From Candidatus Zixiibacteriota bacterium (GTDB lineage: Bacteria > Zixibacteria > MSB-5A5 > WJJR01), in the NCBI GenBank assembly GCA_036170655.1, contig JAVHPP010000027.1, positions 1 to 19,271 on the forward strand: 19,271 nucleotides of DNA, written 5' to 3'. Below the pieces are notes generated by a model, which did not search any database, had not been told where the DNA came from, and worked only from the letters and a program-made list of their open reading frames with translations. Numbering within the stretch: position 1 is the stretch's first letter; every line of letters starts with the position of its first letter. The position numbers and the translations under genes were made by a program. Below are positions 15,584 through 19,271 of this stretch, in pieces.

Positions 15584-16852
15584 ATGACGAAGCGTCCAGC
15601 AGACGATCCACAGGCGAAACAACACACGGGGCGGAGTATCTCCCTCTCCGAGGCGCTGGGTGTGTCGCTCACCGCCCTCTACTCAAACAAGATGCGCTCC
15701 GCGCTGACCATGCTGGGCATTATCATCGGCGTCGCCGCCATGATTACCATGGTGGCGCTGGGATCGGGAGCCGGGAAGGCAGTCGAGGCGCGCATTGCGA
15801 AGCTCGGCGCCAATCTGCTTTTTGTGCGGCCTGGGGCGGCATCTGTTGGCCACGTCCACATGGCCGCCGAGTCTGAGGTCAATCTCACACCGGACGATGC
15901 GAAAGCGCTGGCACGCGAATGCCCGTCGGTCCAGGCAGTCGTCCCGGAATGCAACGGATCCTACCAGGTCAAGTACGAGAACAAGAACTGGAACACACGC
16001 GTCGTTGGATCGACGCCTGATTATGAGTGGGTGCGCAATTCGCCGGTCGAACGCGGCGCGTATTTCTCCAACAGCGCCGATCAGCGGCGGGAACGTGTCT
16101 GCCTCCTGGGGAAAACCGTCGCCGACAACCTCTTTGCGGATACCGATCCGGTCGGCAAGAGCATCAAGATCCGCGGCATCAATTTCGAGGTGAAGGGTGT
16201 CCTGCAGGAAAAGGGTGTTCAGGGATGGATGAATCAGGACGATCAGATCCTCGTCCCCTTGCAAACAGCCATGTACCGGATCATGGGACGCGACTCCTAC
16301 AGCTCGATTGACCTGCGCGTCATCGACGACAAATCAATGGATGCAGCGACCCTCGAAGTCGAGTCGGCCCTGCGGCGACGCCACAAGCTGGTTGCCGGGC
16401 AGGAGAACGATTTCAACGTTCGTTCGATGGCTGACGTGGCGGCAACGCTGGGGGAGGCAACGAAGACATTCACGATGCTGCTGGCATCGATCGCGCTCGT
16501 CTCTCTGATCGTGGGCGGAATCGGCATCATGAACATCATGCTGGTATCGGTCACCGAGCGCACGCGTGAGATCGGCGTCCGCATCGCGATCGGCGCGCGA
16601 CGCCGGGATATCATGACACAGTTCCTGATTGAGTCGATCACTCTTTCGGTGCTGGGCGGTGTAGCGGGTATTCTCTTGGGTGTCGGCGCCGCCGCGCTTC
16701 TGGCAAAATTATATCAGTGGAACATTCTCATTTCTCTGCCGGCCATCTTCATTTCGTTCGGTTTTGCCGCCATGGTGGGGATCTTCTTCGGCCTGTACCC
16801 TGCGCGGAAAGCATCGCGCCTCGATCCGATCGAGGCCCTGCGGTACGAGTAG
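15584..16852 (+). CDS. MacB/FtsX-family ABC transporter permease (no fused ATPase domain)
   Basis: NKMRSALTMLGIIIGVAAMI, periplasmic core, IALVSLIVGGIGIMNIMLVSVTERTREIGVRIAIGA, QFLIES, GLYPARKASRLDPIEALRYE. No Walker motifs. Confidence 0.94.
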   Translation: MTKRPADDPQAKQHTGRSISLSEALGVSLTALYSNKMRSALTMLGIIIGVAAMITMVALGSGAGKAVEARIAKLGANLLFVRPGAASVGHVHMAAESEVNLTPDDAKALARECPSVQAVVPECNGSYQVKYENKNWNTRVVGSTPDYEWVRNSPVERGAYFSNSADQRRERVCLLGKTVADNLFADTDPVGKSIKIRGINFEVKGVLQEKGVQGWMNQDDQILVPLQTAMYRIMGRDSYSSIDLRVIDDKSMDAATLEVESALRRRHKLVAGQENDFNVRSMADVAATLGEATKTFTMLLASIALVSLIVGGIGIMNIMLVSVTERTREIGVRIAIGARRRDIMTQFLIESITLSVLGGVAGILLGVGAAALLAKLYQWNILISLPAIFISFGFAAMVGIFFGLYPARKASRLDPIEALRYE

Positions 16853-16917
16853 CGGTCATAACCTATTGATGGTTCCCCTCATGCCAGCCGTGTGACACCG
16901 CTGATCCCCGAATTGCC

Positions 16918-16947
16918 TTGCGCCCTTTCGGCGCTGCCCGGTATGAT
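16918..16947 (+). promoter_or_regulatory. Possible sigma70-type promoter for the ilvC-like gene
   Basis: TTGCGC (16918-16923), 18-nt spacer, TATGAT (16942-16947), followed closely by GGAGG and ATG 16963. Confidence 0.45.
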
Positions 16948-16962
16948 CGCCAGGGAGGATCC

Positions 16963-17943
16963 ATGCAAGTCATTCGCACCGCGTCCATGCGGCCGCTGAC
17001 CAACAGATCAATCGCCGTACTGGGTTTTGGTTCACAGGGCCGGGCGCAGGCGCTGAACCTGCGCGACACGGGCTTTGCGCCGGTTATTGGGCTGCCATCC
17101 GGCAGCCATTCGCGACAAGATGCCAAGAGAGAGGGCTTTTGCGTCACCACACCAGCACGCGCGGTGGCACGTGGCGATATCATACTGGTCCTGGCGCCCG
17201 ACCATCTCCATGGTGTCGTCTATGAGCAATCGATCCGGCCACAACTGCGCGACGGTCAAACGTTGGTCTTTGCGCATGCGTCTTCTGTCCATTTCGGTCT
17301 GGTCAAGCTCCCTCGTACGGTGGATGTGATCCTTGTTGCCCCTCTTGGGCCGGGTAACCGTCTGCGTGATCTGCGGGGCAAACGCGACGGCGTCCCCTGC
17401 TTCTGGACGGTGCATCAGGACTACTCTGGCCGGGCGCGAGCGCTCGCCCTTGCTCTGGCACGCGCCATCGGCTGCATCCCCGCCGGCGCCATCGAGACAA
17501 CATTTGCAGACGAAGCCGTGGGGGATCTTTTCGGTGAGCAGGCTGTGCTCTGCGGCGGCTTGGGGGAATTGCTGACAGCCGGCGTGTCCATACTCGTCCG
17601 GCACGGATTGAGCGCGCATGCGGCTTATTTGGAATGCGTCTATCAGCTCGATCTGATTGTTGATCTGATCAAGAGCGATGGACTGGCCGGGATGTACGCG
17701 CGGATCTCTCCGACGGCGGCTTTTGGCGCCCGCCGGGCTGGCCCCATGGTTGTGGGCCCCGAAAGCCACCGTGCCATGGAGCAGCTTTACGGTGAGATCG
17801 CGACTGGCGAATTCTTCCGGACCTGGGTGAAACAAGGTTCACGGCGGTCATCTCGACGCCATATCGATCCAATTGTTCCTCCAGAGTTTACCCGCGGCGA
17901 GCGCACGGTTCTGAGCGCCCTCAAATCACCCCACAAGACATGA
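16963..17943 (+). CDS. ilvC: Class I ketol-acid reductoisomerase homologue (divergent)
   Basis: IAVLGFGSQGRAQALNLRDTG, FAH, ETTFADEAVGDLFGEQAVLCGG, AYLEC...LIVDLI, ISPTAAFG, GEF. GGAGG SD before ATG 16963. Confidence 0.85.
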   Translation: MQVIRTASMRPLTNRSIAVLGFGSQGRAQALNLRDTGFAPVIGLPSGSHSRQDAKREGFCVTTPARAVARGDIILVLAPDHLHGVVYEQSIRPQLRDGQTLVFAHASSVHFGLVKLPRTVDVILVAPLGPGNRLRDLRGKRDGVPCFWTVHQDYSGRARALALALARAIGCIPAGAIETTFADEAVGDLFGEQAVLCGGLGELLTAGVSILVRHGLSAHAAYLECVYQLDLIVDLIKSDGLAGMYARISPTAAFGARRAGPMVVGPESHRAMEQLYGEIATGEFFRTWVKQGSRRSSRRHIDPIVPPEFTRGERTVLSALKSPHKT

Positions 17944-19079
17944 TGACGTTCGGCAGGCCGTCCCGCCATTTTCTCGCACTGCTCGGACTCCTGCTGGCCA
18001 TGTGCGGGGTAATGGCCAGCATGGCATGGGCTGCGAACACGGCGCCACCCACAGGGAAAGCCGGCGACTACCCTTCCATGTTTCACGATGATTCTCTGCG
18101 GATCATCATCCTGGAAGGCGTCCGGCTGACTTTCAATGACCGATTTGCCGCCGCAGAGTCGCTCTACGCGCATTTGGCTTTGACGTTTCCCCAGTCCCCG
18201 ACCGGACCTCTCTTTGCCGCCGCCACAATCCATGCTCAGATGCTCGACAGCGAGTCGCCCCAACGGCATGCAGACCTCGAACGCTGGCTGGACGAGGCCA
18301 AGTCACGAGCACTCCGATGGCACGCCATTGAGGCGCAGAACGCCGAGCCGGAGTTTGTCTTGGGCGCCGCCGCCGGTTATGAGGCCGTCTTCGAGTCCCG
18401 CTGGGGCGGGTGGTTGGCCGCCCTGAAACAGGGACTAAGATCTAAAGGACACTTTGATGCGGCGATTCGCAGGGATCCGGATTTGACTGACGCCTATTTG
18501 GGCATTGGGAATTACAACTACTGGAAATCGGTCAAGACAGACTTTATCAACTGGCTTCCGCTGATTCCGGATGACAAAACCAAGGGGCTTGAGCAACTGC
18601 GCCATGTTGCGACCGCTGGACTGCTGGCAGCGGCGGCAGGACGCGTGTCATTGGGGTGGGCATTGATCAATGAGCGACGTTATGAAGAAGCGCTGGCCCA
18701 AGGCGACACGTTGGCATTGCTGTTCCCGGACGGCAAGGGGCCGCTCTGGATTCGCGCGCTGGCCTCATTTGCACTCAGTCGTTGGGAACAATCGCGTGCG
18801 CTTTACAATGAAATCGAGCGGCGCATCCTGGCAGAAGGGCCGGGAAACTACTACAACCTAATCGACTGCGCTTTCTTCCGTGCGCAGTGCAATTTCCACT
18901 CCGGCCGATGGTCCGAGACCTTGAGCGAATGCCACAAGGCCCTGGCCTATCCGACGCTGCCGGGAACACGAGAGAGACAGAAGAACAAATTGGCACGGCT
19001 GCGGCGGCTGCAGAGCGAATTGAAAGAAAAGGTCAATATGCAACCGGGAGACAAATGGCAGGAGACAGTGCGTTATTGA
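17940..19079 (+). CDS. Exported all-helical TPR-like protein of unknown function
   Basis: Sec-type signal peptide (RPSRHFLALLGLLLAMCGVMASMAWA). TPR-like units (DPDLTDAYLGIGNYNYW; RRYEEAL; GRWSETLSECHKAL). ATGA overlap with the ilvC stop. Confidence 0.78.
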   Translation: MMTFGRPSRHFLALLGLLLAMCGVMASMAWAANTAPPTGKAGDYPSMFHDDSLRIIILEGVRLTFNDRFAAAESLYAHLALTFPQSPTGPLFAAATIHAQMLDSESPQRHADLERWLDEAKSRALRWHAIEAQNAEPEFVLGAAAGYEAVFESRWGGWLAALKQGLRSKGHFDAAIRRDPDLTDAYLGIGNYNYWKSVKTDFINWLPLIPDDKTKGLEQLRHVATAGLLAAAAGRVSLGWALINERRYEEALAQGDTLALLFPDGKGPLWIRALASFALSRWEQSRALYNEIERRILAEGPGNYYNLIDCAFFRAQCNFHSGRWSETLSECHKALAYPTLPGTRERQKNKLARLRRLQSELKEKVNMQPGDKWQETVRY

Positions 19080-19124
19080 TCCTTTCCAAAGAGATGCCCG
19101 CATTGGCCAAGGTGTTTGCGCATC

Positions 19125-19202
19125 GTCGGTGGGGGCACGGGTTGCCGTGCCCGATTCTTACTCCCGGTTGAGAGGCGGGCACGGCAAGCCGTGCCGACCG
19201 AC
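19125..19202. repeat. REP-like palindrome doublet (two imperfect copies in inverted orientation)
   Basis: Copy 1 (19125-19153) is GTCGGTGGGGGCACGGGTTGCCGTGCCCG. The reverse complement of copy 2 (19176-19202) is GTCGGTCGGCACGGCTTGCCGTGCCCG. Each is an internal hairpin (GGCACGG-N4-CCGTGCC). Confidence 0.7.
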
Positions 19203-19271
19203 CTCCGATTCTTGATACCGTCATTGATTGATGGTACTACTTTTGTGCAGTCAATTGCGGCCTGGACCGCG

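Noticed and set aside
19125..19213. Terminal repeats as a CRISPR array
   Set aside because: Only two units, in inverted orientation, with no regular spacers and no cas genes.

Overview
GC-rich (about 60% by eye) bacterial chromosomal segment, mostly housekeeping. Left end, minus strand: a single-domain response regulator (1759-2292) and a GAF-PAS-PAS sensor histidine kinase that runs off the window. Divergently, on the plus strand: hisS, aspS, a ~270-nt spacer, phoH, a 7TM-HD phosphohydrolase (PgpH-like), ybeY, a hemolysin/CorC-family CBS protein, an FmdB zinc ribbon, a SprT-like metalloprotease, a GNAT, a TPR protein, a BshB1-like deacetylase, a MacA-like adaptor, a MacB-like permease with no adjacent ATPase, a divergent stand-alone IlvC-like reductase, an exported TPR-like protein, and a REP-like palindrome doublet. 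I saw no transposase, integrase, CRISPR array, tRNA or rRNA. Best leads: (1) phoH appears to need a non-canonical start (probably ATC at 6022) and is preceded by a 41-codon uORF; (2) the spacer right after aspS can fold into a ~200-nt nested rod, at the position where Bacillus carries a 6S RNA; (3) the IlvC homologue has substitutions at conserved active-site positions, has no ilv partners here, and is coupled to an exported TPR gene; (4) the MacAB-like pair lacks an ATPase. All assignments come from motif recognition by eye; no searches were run. I cannot claim a definite new system, only these testable candidates.
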